This document shows, in pieces, positions 48,618-57,091 of a stretch of 64,000 nt of DNA; position 1 is the stretch's first letter, and each line of letters opens with the position of its first letter. The translations under genes were made by a program, and so were the position numbers. Source of the DNA: Candidatus Rariloculaceae bacterium (GTDB lineage: Bacteria > Pseudomonadota > Gammaproteobacteria > Steroidobacterales > Rariloculaceae); assembly GCA_045561025.1 (NCBI GenBank), contig JBJKYM010000014.1, positions 2,030-66,029 of the forward strand. The letters are read 5' to 3'. The notes below the pieces were generated by a model. That model worked only from the letters and a program-made list of their open reading frames with translations, was not told the origin of the DNA and did not search any database.

Positions 48618-49427
48618 TTACTCGCCGGCGCGCTCCATGGCGACCAGTTCGTCGATCAGCAACATCAGATCTTCGTAGCTTCCGGCCATGCCCGCGTCCG
48701 TCGTGTATTTACCGTTAACAACGACAGTTGGCACGCTGCCGATACGGTAGCGGCGGGAGAGTTCATCCGCTCTGTTCATCCGCGTATTGACAGCGAACGA
48801 CTCGAACGCGGCATTGAAGTCATCGGCGGCGACACCATGTGCCTCGAAAAATGCGGTTAGCCCCGCCGGGCTGTCGAGAAAGTTGCGATTGATATGGATC
48901 TCGCGGAACAGGTCGGAATGAACTTCGTCAGTGACGCCAAGTGCCTGAGCGGCGTAGAAGGCTCGCGCGTGCGTCTGAAGTGTGCCATTCCAGACCGCCG
49001 GGATACGTACAAAGTTGACGTCTTCGGGAATATCCTCAAGCCAGTTCTCGATATACGGGTCGAACGTGTAGCAATGTGGGCAGCCGTACCAGAAGACTTC
49101 GGCGACTTCGATCATGTCCGCGCTGGAACTCGTTCCCTGTGCCGCAGGCAGCCGCGTGTAGTGTGTGCCGAGCTGAAAGCGGCCGCTGGCGGGCGCAGGA
49201 TCGGCCTGAGCCAGCACGATGCGTTGATCCGACGAAGATGCGGCGGGCTCTCGCTCCGCTGCTACAACGTTCGGCTCGACGGCCTGATTGACGGCAGGAG
49301 GAGCCGTGTTGGTCGCCTGAGGATCAGCACCGACCGCCACAGGCTCATCGCTGCAGGCTGCAAGAGCCAAAACAAACGTGGCGATCAGGGTCGTAGCGGC
49401 TGTTTTCGGGATTATTAGTTTCGACAC
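48618..49427 (-). CDS. dsbA: Thiol:disulfide interchange protein DsbA, lipoprotein form with long N-terminal linker
   Basis: FWYGCPHCYTFDP active site. Lipobox LALAAC. About 70-aa Pro/Ala/Gln-rich linker before the thioredoxin fold. Confidence 0.85.
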   Translation of the reverse strand: MSKLIIPKTAATTLIATFVLALAACSDEPVAVGADPQATNTAPPAVNQAVEPNVVAAEREPAASSSDQRIVLAQADPAPASGRFQLGTHYTRLPAAQGTSSSADMIEVAEVFWYGCPHCYTFDPYIENWLEDIPEDVNFVRIPAVWNGTLQTHARAFYAAQALGVTDEVHSDLFREIHINRNFLDSPAGLTAFFEAHGVAADDFNAAFESFAVNTRMNRADELSRRYRIGSVPTVVVNGKYTTDAGMAGSYEDLMLLIDELVAMERAGE

Positions 49428-49455
49428 GATAGATACCTCTTTCGGGCCTGCTGTA

Positions 49456-50109
49456 TTAGCGCAGTCCCTGCATGTAACTGGCTACAGCGCGGATCTCGTC
49501 GTCTCGCAGGGACACGGCAATATCGCGCATCATTTGGTTGCTGGCAGTATCGGAACGACGCGTGCTAGTGGCGTACGCGCCAAGAGTATTAATGAGATAG
49601 GTTGCGTGCTGGCCGCGAACGATCGGGTAGCTCGCCATCGGGTTGCCGCGTCCGGCGGGGCCATGGCAGGCGATACAGGCGGCGACACCGCGATCCGGAA
49701 TACCGCCACGATAAATGCGTTGACCCAGTTCGACGAGTTCCGGGTCGGCTCCGCGCTGCACTGCGGGTAGCGTCGCGAAGTAGGCCGAGAGGTCATCGAT
49801 ATCCTCTTCCGACAGCGCACTTGCGAAAGAGGTCATCAATACGTCTTCGCGCTCGCCGGTCTGGTAGGAGAGCAACTGTCTTTTGGTGTAGTTCGGATGC
49901 TGCCCTGCGAGACTCGGCCACTCGGGCGTGATGCTATTGCCGTCAACACCGTGACAGGCAGCGCATACGGCCGCTTTGGCCTGTCCGGCCTCGGCTGAGC
50001 CCTGGGCGTACGTGGGGCTGCCCGCGAAGACCGCCAGCGCAATAGCCGTGAGTCCGCCAATTGACCAGAGGGTTGTTCGGTACCTTATCTGTAATTTACT
50101 GTGCGCCAC
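49456..50109 (-). CDS. Cytochrome c4 (dihaem)
   Basis: Two CxxCHG motifs (CAACHG, CIACHG) with downstream Met ligand regions. GTG 50109 was chosen to avoid overlap with engB. dsbA-cc4/engB synteny as in Pseudomonas. Confidence 0.85.
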   Translation of the reverse strand: MAHSKLQIRYRTTLWSIGGLTAIALAVFAGSPTYAQGSAEAGQAKAAVCAACHGVDGNSITPEWPSLAGQHPNYTKRQLLSYQTGEREDVLMTSFASALSEEDIDDLSAYFATLPAVQRGADPELVELGQRIYRGGIPDRGVAACIACHGPAGRGNPMASYPIVRGQHATYLINTLGAYATSTRRSDTASNQMMRDIAVSLRDDEIRAVASYMQGLR

Positions 50110-50186
50110 GCGTTTTAGACCCCATATCCTTTCGATGCAAACGGCGAGAGATTGTACACTAAACCGCTTATCTCCAGCATTGCGAC

Positions 50187-50798
50187 GTGTCCGCGGCCAA
50201 TACACCTATGACCTATCTATCCGGCCTAAAGTTTCTCAAAAGTGCGCAGAAATCCGCACAATTTCCTCCGGATTCCGGCCGGGAAGTGGCTTTCTCGGGG
50301 CGTTCCAACTCGGGAAAGTCCAGCGCGATTAACGCAATTACTGCCCGTCGGGGTCTGGCGAGGACCAGCAAGACACCGGGCCGCACCCAACTCATCAATT
50401 TCTTCGAAATCGATGCCAGCCAGCGACTCGTTGACCTGCCGGGATACGGCTACGCCAAGGTCTCGGAGTCGGTTCGACAGGAATGGCGAGTCCTGCTCGA
50501 GGCCTATTTTCAGGGGCGTCAGTCGCTCTCCGGGTTGTTTATTACCGTCGACGTGCGTCGCGGTCTCAAGGAACTGGACGAGGTCATGCTGTCCTGGTCC
50601 CGGTCAGCCGGGGTTCCGGCGACCATACTGTTAACCAAGGCTGACAAGCTGAGCCGTAGCGCGGGACTCGCGCAATGCCGGAAAATTGCCGCTGACCTTG
50701 CGGATCCGGTTCCACTCATTCTGTTCTCTGCGCCGAAGCGCGTCGGTGTCGAGGATGCGCAAGCGACGCTGACGGATTGGCTGAGCGCGGCGGCCTGA
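50187..50798 (+). CDS. engB: Ribosome-biogenesis GTPase EngB/YihA
   Basis: EVAFSGRSNSGKSSAINA (G1), DLPGYGYA (G3), and TKADK (G4). Start is GTG 50187 or ATG 50208. Confidence 0.9.
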   Translation: MSAANTPMTYLSGLKFLKSAQKSAQFPPDSGREVAFSGRSNSGKSSAINAITARRGLARTSKTPGRTQLINFFEIDASQRLVDLPGYGYAKVSESVRQEWRVLLEAYFQGRQSLSGLFITVDVRRGLKELDEVMLSWSRSAGVPATILLTKADKLSRSAGLAQCRKIAADLADPVPLILFSAPKRVGVEDAQATLTDWLSAAA

Positions 50799-50816
50799 GC
50801 GCTGGTTGCAGCAGAT

Positions 50817-50858
50817 AAAAGAAACCCCGGGCGTGGGATTCAGGGGGCACACCCGGGG
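50817..50858 (-). terminator. Rho-independent terminator (minus strand)
   Basis: 11-bp stem (10 Watson-Crick pairs plus one G-U) ccccgggtgtg/cacgcccgggg with a 12-nt loop, followed by tttctttt on the minus strand. It lies about 175 nt downstream of the polA stop. Confidence 0.65.
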
Positions 50859-50935
50859 CGGAATATCCCGGTATGGGGTAACCGGGCAATGCCCGCCAAG
50901 GGAGGTCAGCGGGCGACGCTCTCGCGTCTGTAGGA
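50817..50935 (-). ncRNA. Candidate structured small RNA in the polA-engB spacer (Spot 42/ErsA genomic position)
   Basis: Read on the minus strand there are four consecutive hairpins: GACGC-GAGA-GCGTC; GCCCGC-ugaccucccuug-GCGGGC (the loop contains CCUCC); CCCGGU-uaccccau-ACCGGG; and CCCCGGGUGUG-...-CACGCCCGGGG followed by UUUCUUUU. The 5' end is not defined. A GGAACTT sigmaE/AlgU-like -35 lies at 50957-50963. Confidence 0.35.
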
Positions 50936-51032
50936 TTAGTCCCGCTTGGGCGGAAGAAGTTCCCGCCGAAAAGCGTACCGAGCGGGACATTCGTTCGCGC
51001 CCAGGAATCGGGTGGTTCCGCTGTCGACGGGT

Positions 51033-53717
51033 CTAGTGTGCCTCGTCCCAGTTATCGCCTATGCCGAAAACGACTTTAAGCGGCGCGGACAGTTCCGCTG
51101 CGCCTTCCATGAGGCCAGTCACTTCGGCGGCGGTGTCCTCCGCAGAATCTTCGGCGACCTCGAGTACGAGTTCATCGTGGACCTGCATGATGACCCGGGC
51201 ATCGGCACCAGAGGATGTTAGCCAATCGTCTACGCGCAGCATCGCCATCTTGATGATGTCAGCGGCAGTCCCCTGCATCGGTGCGTTGATCGCGCTGCGC
51301 TCCGCGTATTGGCGGCGCTGATGATTTCGTGACTCTATTTCGGGCAGATAGAGTCGACGGCCGAAGACCGTTTCGACGAAGCCGTTCTCCCGGGCCTGTT
51401 CCCGCGTTCGATCCATATAGTCCTTCACGCCGGGATAGCGTGTGAAGTAGAGATCGACATATTCCTGTGCCTGGTTGCGACCGATGCCGAGTTGCTTGCC
51501 AAGCCCGAACGCAGACATTCCGTAGATCAGACCGAAGTTGATCGCTTTCGCCGAGCGGCGCTCGTCGTCGGAGACGGCATCGAGATCGACGCCGAATACT
51601 TCGGCAGCGGTTGCACGATGAATGTCCCTGTCCTCGGCGAACGCGGTAAGCAGGCTGGCGTCCTCGGACAGATGCGCCATGATGCGCAATTCGATCTGCG
51701 AGTAATCCGCGGCAAGCAGGCGGTACCCGGAAGGCGCGACGAATGCCTGCCGGATTCGACGGCCCTCAGGCGTGCGGATCGGAATGTTCTGCAGGTTGGG
51801 ATCGGACGAGGAAAGGCGTCCGGTCGCTGCAACGGCCTGATGATAGGAGGTGTGAACTCGTCCGGTTCGCGCGTCTATTTCGAGCGGCAGCTTGTCGGTG
51901 TAGGTCGATTTGAGCTTCGCGATTCCGCGATATTCAAGAATTCTCTTCGGCAGCTCGTACTCTTCGGCAAGATCCTGGAGCACGCCCTCGGCCGTTGACG
52001 GTTGTCCCTTCGGCGTCTTGCCGAGAACCGGTAAACCGAGTCGCTCGTACAGAATCTCCTGTAGCTGCTTCGGCGATGCGAGATTGAATGGACTACCGGC
52101 CAGTTCGTGCACCTTCGCTTCTGTAGCGGCCATGGACTCGGCGAGTTCCTGGCTTTGCTGCTTGAGCATCGAGGCGTCGACGAGTACGCCGAGGTATTCG
52201 ATTTTCTGCAGGACGTTGAGTAGCGGCTGCTCGATCTCCAGATAGAGTTTTTTCAACTCGGGCAGTTCTTCGATCTTTGGCCACAGCGTCTGGTGTAGCT
52301 GCAGCGTGATGTCAGCATCTTCGGCCGCATAGGCCGAAGCGACTTCGATATCGACCTCGTCGAAGCGCAGCTGCTTCGCGCCCTTCCCGGCTACTTCCTC
52401 GTACTTGGTCGTCTTGACGCCGAGATACTTGGTCGCCACCGAGTCCATATCGTGGCGCGTCGCCGTTGAGTCGAGCACGTAAGATTCCAGCATCGTGTCG
52501 AAGGCGATGCCGCCGAGTTCGATATCTTGGTTTCGCAGGACGTGCGCGTCATATTTCAGGTGATGGCCGACCTTCAGCGACGAACCCTGCAGCCAGGGCT
52601 TCATGCGCTCGAGAACCATCTCCCGGTCGAGCTGGTCCGGTGCGCCCGGGTAGCTGTGAGCGAGGGGAATATAGGCTGCTTTACCTGCTTCCACGGACAG
52701 ACACAGTCCGACGATCTCTGCCTGCATGTAATCGAGGCTGGTGGTTTCGGTGTCCAGGGCGACGAGTTCAGCAGACTCGATACGCTCGAGCCAGCTGTCA
52801 AGTTCTTCTTCGGTAAGCACGGTGTCGTAGTCCGCGCTCGAAGTCTCGGGTTGGGCTTCTTCCTCGGTGACACCCGCACGCCGCAAAAGGCTCCTCAGTT
52901 CCAGCCGATCATAGAGTTCCTTCAAGCGTTCGGTGTCAGGATCGCCGTAGACAAGTGCCGCCGGCTCTGCCGGCAGCTCGAGATCGCAGACAATCGTCGT
53001 CAGCTCTTTGTATAGCGGTAGCTGATCCAATGCGCCACGAAGATTCTCTCCCGCTTTCCCCGGGACCTGATCCGCGTTCTCCTTGACCATATTGAGATCG
53101 CCGTGCTCGGCAAGCCACTTGGCTGCGGTCTTGGGTCCCACACCGGGTACACCGGGAATGTTGTCTGCGCTGTCGCCGACGAGAGCGAGATAGTCGATTA
53201 TCTGATCAGGGCGAACACCGAACTTCTCGAACACGCCGCCAGCATCCATCTTCGTATTGCTCATCGTATTGACCAGCGAGACATGGTCGTTGACGAGCTG
53301 CGCCATATCTTTGTCAGATGTCGATATGACGGTCTTCATGTCTGCCGCCGTGGCGCGCGTCGCGAGCGTTCCGATGACGTCGTCCGCCTCTACGCCCTTG
53401 ATGCGCAGCACCGGCAGGCCAATTGCCTCAACGGCCTGCACCAGCGGTTCTATCTGCGGCCGTAAATCCTCCGGCATCGGAGGCCGGTTGGCTTTGTATT
53501 CGGCGAAGAGCTCATCGCGGAAAGTTTTGCCTGGCGCATCGAAGACGATGGCGATGTTCTGGGGCTCATACTCGTCGATCAGGCTATTGAGCATGTTAAG
53601 TACGCCGAAGATGGCACCCGTGGGCTCTCCTTTGCTGGAGGTGAAGGCGGGTAGCGCGTGGTACGCGCGGAACAGGTAGGAAGAGCCGTCGACAACAACG
53701 AATGGCTTATCGCTCAT
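51033..53717 (-). CDS. polA: DNA polymerase I
   Basis: 894 aa. 5'-nuclease (DGSSYLFRAYHA), 3'-5' exonuclease (LDTETTSLD) and polymerase motifs (DYSQIELRI, RRSAKAINFGLIYGMS, QVHDELV). Confidence 0.97.
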   Translation of the reverse strand: MSDKPFVVVDGSSYLFRAYHALPAFTSSKGEPTGAIFGVLNMLNSLIDEYEPQNIAIVFDAPGKTFRDELFAEYKANRPPMPEDLRPQIEPLVQAVEAIGLPVLRIKGVEADDVIGTLATRATAADMKTVISTSDKDMAQLVNDHVSLVNTMSNTKMDAGGVFEKFGVRPDQIIDYLALVGDSADNIPGVPGVGPKTAAKWLAEHGDLNMVKENADQVPGKAGENLRGALDQLPLYKELTTIVCDLELPAEPAALVYGDPDTERLKELYDRLELRSLLRRAGVTEEEAQPETSSADYDTVLTEEELDSWLERIESAELVALDTETTSLDYMQAEIVGLCLSVEAGKAAYIPLAHSYPGAPDQLDREMVLERMKPWLQGSSLKVGHHLKYDAHVLRNQDIELGGIAFDTMLESYVLDSTATRHDMDSVATKYLGVKTTKYEEVAGKGAKQLRFDEVDIEVASAYAAEDADITLQLHQTLWPKIEELPELKKLYLEIEQPLLNVLQKIEYLGVLVDASMLKQQSQELAESMAATEAKVHELAGSPFNLASPKQLQEILYERLGLPVLGKTPKGQPSTAEGVLQDLAEEYELPKRILEYRGIAKLKSTYTDKLPLEIDARTGRVHTSYHQAVAATGRLSSSDPNLQNIPIRTPEGRRIRQAFVAPSGYRLLAADYSQIELRIMAHLSEDASLLTAFAEDRDIHRATAAEVFGVDLDAVSDDERRSAKAINFGLIYGMSAFGLGKQLGIGRNQAQEYVDLYFTRYPGVKDYMDRTREQARENGFVETVFGRRLYLPEIESRNHQRRQYAERSAINAPMQGTAADIIKMAMLRVDDWLTSSGADARVIMQVHDELVLEVAEDSAEDTAAEVTGLMEGAAELSAPLKVVFGIGDNWDEAH

Positions 53718-53756
53718 CAGGACTCCTGATGTTGTGTTGGCGGTACCCGATCAGAT

Positions 53757-53951
53757 TTATTCGCTGGCCGTTTCATTTTCTTCTTCTTCGTTTTCCTGAG
53801 TTTCGCTGCCAGGCGAAGACTCTTCACCGGCAGCAGGAGGCTCCGCAACCGGAAGCGTCAGCGGTCCGCTCTGACCGCAGCCTCCCAGAGCGAGCACCAT
53901 GAACAGCAGTAGCAGAACGCTTCGACCTGTTGCGTAGAGTCTCTCACGCAT
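53757..53951 (-). CDS. lptM: Small acidic lipoprotein, LptM/YifL-like
   Basis: 64 aa. Lipobox LALGGC followed by GQSGPLTLP (compare the CG.KGPLY.P signature of YifL/LptM as I remember it) and a Glu-rich tail. The start shares one nucleotide with the argH stop (TGATG). Confidence 0.55.
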   Translation of the reverse strand: MRERLYATGRSVLLLLFMVLALGGCGQSGPLTLPVAEPPAAGEESSPGSETQENEEEENETASE

Positions 53952-55141
53952 CAGTCGTCACGTTTCAGTGTCGCGGCGACGCGTTGGTAAGCCTCCCGGA
54001 ACGGGATGCCTTCTTCGACCACCAGCGCATTGGCACGCTCGGCCGCATAGAGGCCGTCGCTTAGCGGCGGCAGGTCGGTACGGAAGCGTACACCACTCAA
54101 AGCATACGCCATGATGGCCAGCGTATCTTCTGCGAGATCGATGCTGCGAAACAGAGGCGCTTTTAGTCGCTGGAGGTCTCGTTGGTATCCGGACGTCAGT
54201 TTCGTCGTTATCGCAAGCGTTTCGGTAAGCGCTGCAATCGTCACTGCCTGCGCGCTGCGCACCAGTTCGAAGACGTCAGGGTTACGCTTCTGCGGCATGA
54301 TCGACGATCCCGTCGTCATTTCATCCGGCAGCTCGACGAGGGCGAACTCTTCCGTGTAGAACAACAATAGATCTGACGCCAGACGGCCCAGATCGCCGAG
54401 CAATAACGTGAGTTCGAAGATCAGCGAGGCTTCGGCTTTACCGCGACTCAATTGCACTGCTGTGACGGGGTTTTGTGTAGCGGAGAATCCTAAGAACTCG
54501 CGTGTTGCCTCACGATCGAGTGGCAAACCAGGAACGCCGTAGCCTGCCGCGGAGCCCAGGGGATTCAGGTCTGCGCGCCGCGCCGCGGCGCCTAAACCGA
54601 CTGCGTCGTCACGTAGCTCGGCCGCGAATCCGGCGGCCCACTGGCTGACGGAGCTCGGCATGGCAGGTTGCATGTGCGTATAGCCCGGCAGATCGAGATC
54701 GCCGTGGCGTTCCGCGAGTTCGTCGAGTGCCGTCGCAACAACATTCGTTCCTTCGGACAGGGTTTCAGCGACGTCGCGGAGATAGAGGCGTAACGCAGCG
54801 AGTACCTGATCATTGCGTGATCGCCCCAGGTGAACGCGTCCGCCGGCCGCGCCGATCGATTCGACCAGGCGTTGTTCCAGCGCGCTATGCGCATCTTCCT
54901 GTTCGAGCTGGATCGCCCACTGGCCCTCTGCATGCTGCCGTCCGAGATCCTCAAGGCCCTCGCAAATCGCGTCGCAATCCGCGCTGTCGAGTAAGCCCTG
55001 CTTCTCGAGCATACGCGCGTGCGCGATGGACGCACGAACGTCGTAGGCCACCAGACGCTCGTCCAGCAGATAGTCCTCGCCCGCCGTGAAGTTCAGAATA
55101 CGTTCATCCAGCGGCTTTCCTTTATCCCATAAGCGCGTCAT
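53951..55141 (-). CDS. argH: Argininosuccinate lyase (short, Bacteroidetes/Xanthomonas-like form)
   Basis: Fumarate-lyase superfamily motifs (LGRSRNDQV, GYTHMQPAMP, GSSIMPQKRNPD). The N-terminal LWDKG...FTAGEDY.LD..L..YDV.ASIAHARML resembles the Bacteroidetes-type ArgH. 396 aa. Confidence 0.85.
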   Translation of the reverse strand: MTRLWDKGKPLDERILNFTAGEDYLLDERLVAYDVRASIAHARMLEKQGLLDSADCDAICEGLEDLGRQHAEGQWAIQLEQEDAHSALEQRLVESIGAAGGRVHLGRSRNDQVLAALRLYLRDVAETLSEGTNVVATALDELAERHGDLDLPGYTHMQPAMPSSVSQWAAGFAAELRDDAVGLGAAARRADLNPLGSAAGYGVPGLPLDREATREFLGFSATQNPVTAVQLSRGKAEASLIFELTLLLGDLGRLASDLLLFYTEEFALVELPDEMTTGSSIMPQKRNPDVFELVRSAQAVTIAALTETLAITTKLTSGYQRDLQRLKAPLFRSIDLAEDTLAIMAYALSGVRFRTDLPPLSDGLYAAERANALVVEEGIPFREAYQRVAATLKRDD

Positions 55142-55152
55142 CGAACTATCCC

Positions 55153-56085
55153 TCAGGTTTGCTCGGCCGGGCTCAGATGCTCGATATCGTTGACTACGAG
55201 GGTACCGATACCTTCGTTCGTAAAGACTTCCAGCAGCAGGCCATCGGGAAGCTCGCCCGAGATAACGTGGACGCGCGGTACGCCGCCGGTGAGTGCTTTT
55301 TCGATCGCGGTGGCTTTTGGCAACATCCCGCCTGCGATTCGACCTTCTGAACGAAGCCGCGCCAGTCCCGCGATATCTATATAAGAGATCAGTGAACTGA
55401 GATCGTCTCGGGACTCGAGTATGCCGGGCGCGGAAGTCGCGAGTATCAGTTTCTCGGCGCCGAGCGCAGACGCTACCGCCGCCGCCACTGTATCGGCGTT
55501 TATATTCAACAGCGTGCCATCGCCCTCGGCCGCCATTGGGCTGATTACCGGGACCGCGCCGCTTGCGAGATGTTCGCGTAGCAGTTCCGCATCGATCGAA
55601 TCGATGTCGCCGACGAAGCCGTAGTCGACGGTCTCACCATTCGGCCCGGCATTCTCAACTGGTGGTCGTTTGTGCGCCTTTATCACGCGCGCGTCGCTAC
55701 CGGCGACACCAACGGCCGGGATATCCAGCGCGGCGAATTCGGCCGTGATCGCAGGATTAATCTGCTCGTTCAGGACTGTCGCCATCACAGCTAGTGTTTC
55801 CTCGTTGGTGACCCGACGTCCCTCGATAATCTCCGTCGGGATGTTCCTGGTCTTCGCAAGCCGAGTCGATTGCGGACCGCCGCCGTGTACCACGACCACG
55901 TGTATACCGACCTCATGGAGGATGCCGATTTGCTCGATGATCGCTCGCGTAGATTCGGGCGTCACGAACGCTTCTCCGCCCGCTTTGAGGACGAATATCT
56001 TTCGCTTGAACATGCGTATATACGGTGCCGCATGTTTCAGCGCCGTTACGACGATTGTTCGCTCATTGCGGCTCAGGCGTGTCAC
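55153..56085 (-). CDS. argB: N-acetyl(acyl)glutamate kinase, kinase domain only
   Basis: Amino-acid kinase fold: FVLKAGGE, VVVHGGGPQ, NINAD, GGMLPK. 310 aa, so there is no fused GNAT/NAGS domain. Confidence 0.9.
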   Translation of the reverse strand: MTRLSRNERTIVVTALKHAAPYIRMFKRKIFVLKAGGEAFVTPESTRAIIEQIGILHEVGIHVVVVHGGGPQSTRLAKTRNIPTEIIEGRRVTNEETLAVMATVLNEQINPAITAEFAALDIPAVGVAGSDARVIKAHKRPPVENAGPNGETVDYGFVGDIDSIDAELLREHLASGAVPVISPMAAEGDGTLLNINADTVAAAVASALGAEKLILATSAPGILESRDDLSSLISYIDIAGLARLRSEGRIAGGMLPKATAIEKALTGGVPRVHVISGELPDGLLLEVFTNEGIGTLVVNDIEHLSPAEQT

Positions 56086-56089
56086 TGGT

Positions 56090-57091
56090 TCAGCCCTTCA
56101 TCATCCGGTAGAGCACGGCCATCTGGGCCAACATTCGATTTCGGGCTTCCGGCACGACGATGCTGCGCGGGCCGTCCAACACCTCATCGGCAACAACAAC
56201 GCCGCGACGCACCGGCAGGCAATGCATGAATCGGCAATCCTCGCGCGCATTCTCAAACCATAAGTCGTTTACACACCAGTCGATCAGCTCTTCGCGCTGC
56301 GCCTCATCTGCAGGCCGGTCGCCATAGTGCTCGGTTGAAGACCAGGACTTCGCGTAAATAATATGCGCGTCCTCCATCGCTTCACGCCGGTCGCGTGTTG
56401 TCATGATACTGCCCCCGGCTGCCTGTGCCGTATTGCGCGCTTTTTCCATTACAGAATCCGGCAGATCAAATCCGGGTGGATTCAGTACGACGACATCCAT
56501 GCCCCGGTGGGCGGCCATGTGTAGCGTTGATGACGGCACGGCGAGTGGTAAGGCGAGCGGGTGATACGCCCACGAGAGGACAAAGCGGCCGCCCTCAGCA
56601 GGGACTTCGAAATCGTTCATCGTTTTCCAGTCAGCCAGATTCTGGCAGGGATGCTGGATCGCGGATTCCATATTGATCAGGGGGACATCGACCAGCGATG
56701 CCATACCCTCGAATTCTTTGTCGGCGAGGTCGTCCGACAACTTGCGACGTTCCGCGAATGCTCGAATGCCCATGGCATCGCCATAAGAAGCAATAACCGG
56801 AATCGCCTCCCGCACGTGTTCCGCGGCAGCACCGTCCATAACAATTCCCGGGCGCGTCTCCAACCCGTGTATCGACATTCCTGGAGAGATTACGAAGGAG
56901 CCTCCACCGAGCCGGCCCATCGCCGCCTGAAACGACGCAAGCGTTCGCAGCGAGGGACTCAGAAACAATAACGACAGGATCTTTCCCTCGAGAGCACGTG
57001 GTTCCGGGGAGTGCTCCAGACGTGTTGCCAGCTCGAGTAGCTCGCGTACTTCCTCGTGGGGGAAATCGGTCAAGTCATTAAAGCGGTTCAT
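56090..57091 (-). CDS. argF': N-acyl-L-ornithine carbamoyltransferase (AOTCase/SOTCase family, ArgF')
   Basis: Collinear with the Xanthomonas N-acetylornithine transcarbamylase as I remember it: INMES.IQHPCQ.LAD, VLSWAYHP..LP.AV..S, YAKSW, HCLPVRRG. The CP motif reads SPSLRTL rather than S-x-R-T-R. Confidence 0.85.
   Translation of the reverse strand: MNRFNDLTDFPHEEVRELLELATRLEHSPEPRALEGKILSLLFLSPSLRTLASFQAAMGRLGGGSFVISPGMSIHGLETRPGIVMDGAAAEHVREAIPVIASYGDAMGIRAFAERRKLSDDLADKEFEGMASLVDVPLINMESAIQHPCQNLADWKTMNDFEVPAEGGRFVLSWAYHPLALPLAVPSSTLHMAAHRGMDVVVLNPPGFDLPDSVMEKARNTAQAAGGSIMTTRDRREAMEDAHIIYAKSWSSTEHYGDRPADEAQREELIDWCVNDLWFENAREDCRFMHCLPVRRGVVVADEVLDGPRSIVVPEARNRMLAQMAVLYRMMKG

Noticed and set aside
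50859-50914. Plus-strand reading of the polA-engB spacer vaguely resembles a cobalamin riboswitch core (GGAAuauCCCGGU...CCGGGcaaUGCCCGCCAAGG).
   Set aside because: There is no proper B12 box (GCCACUG), and no downstream plus-strand gene to regulate because polA is convergent. The terminator and the GNRA loop are only sensible on the minus strand.
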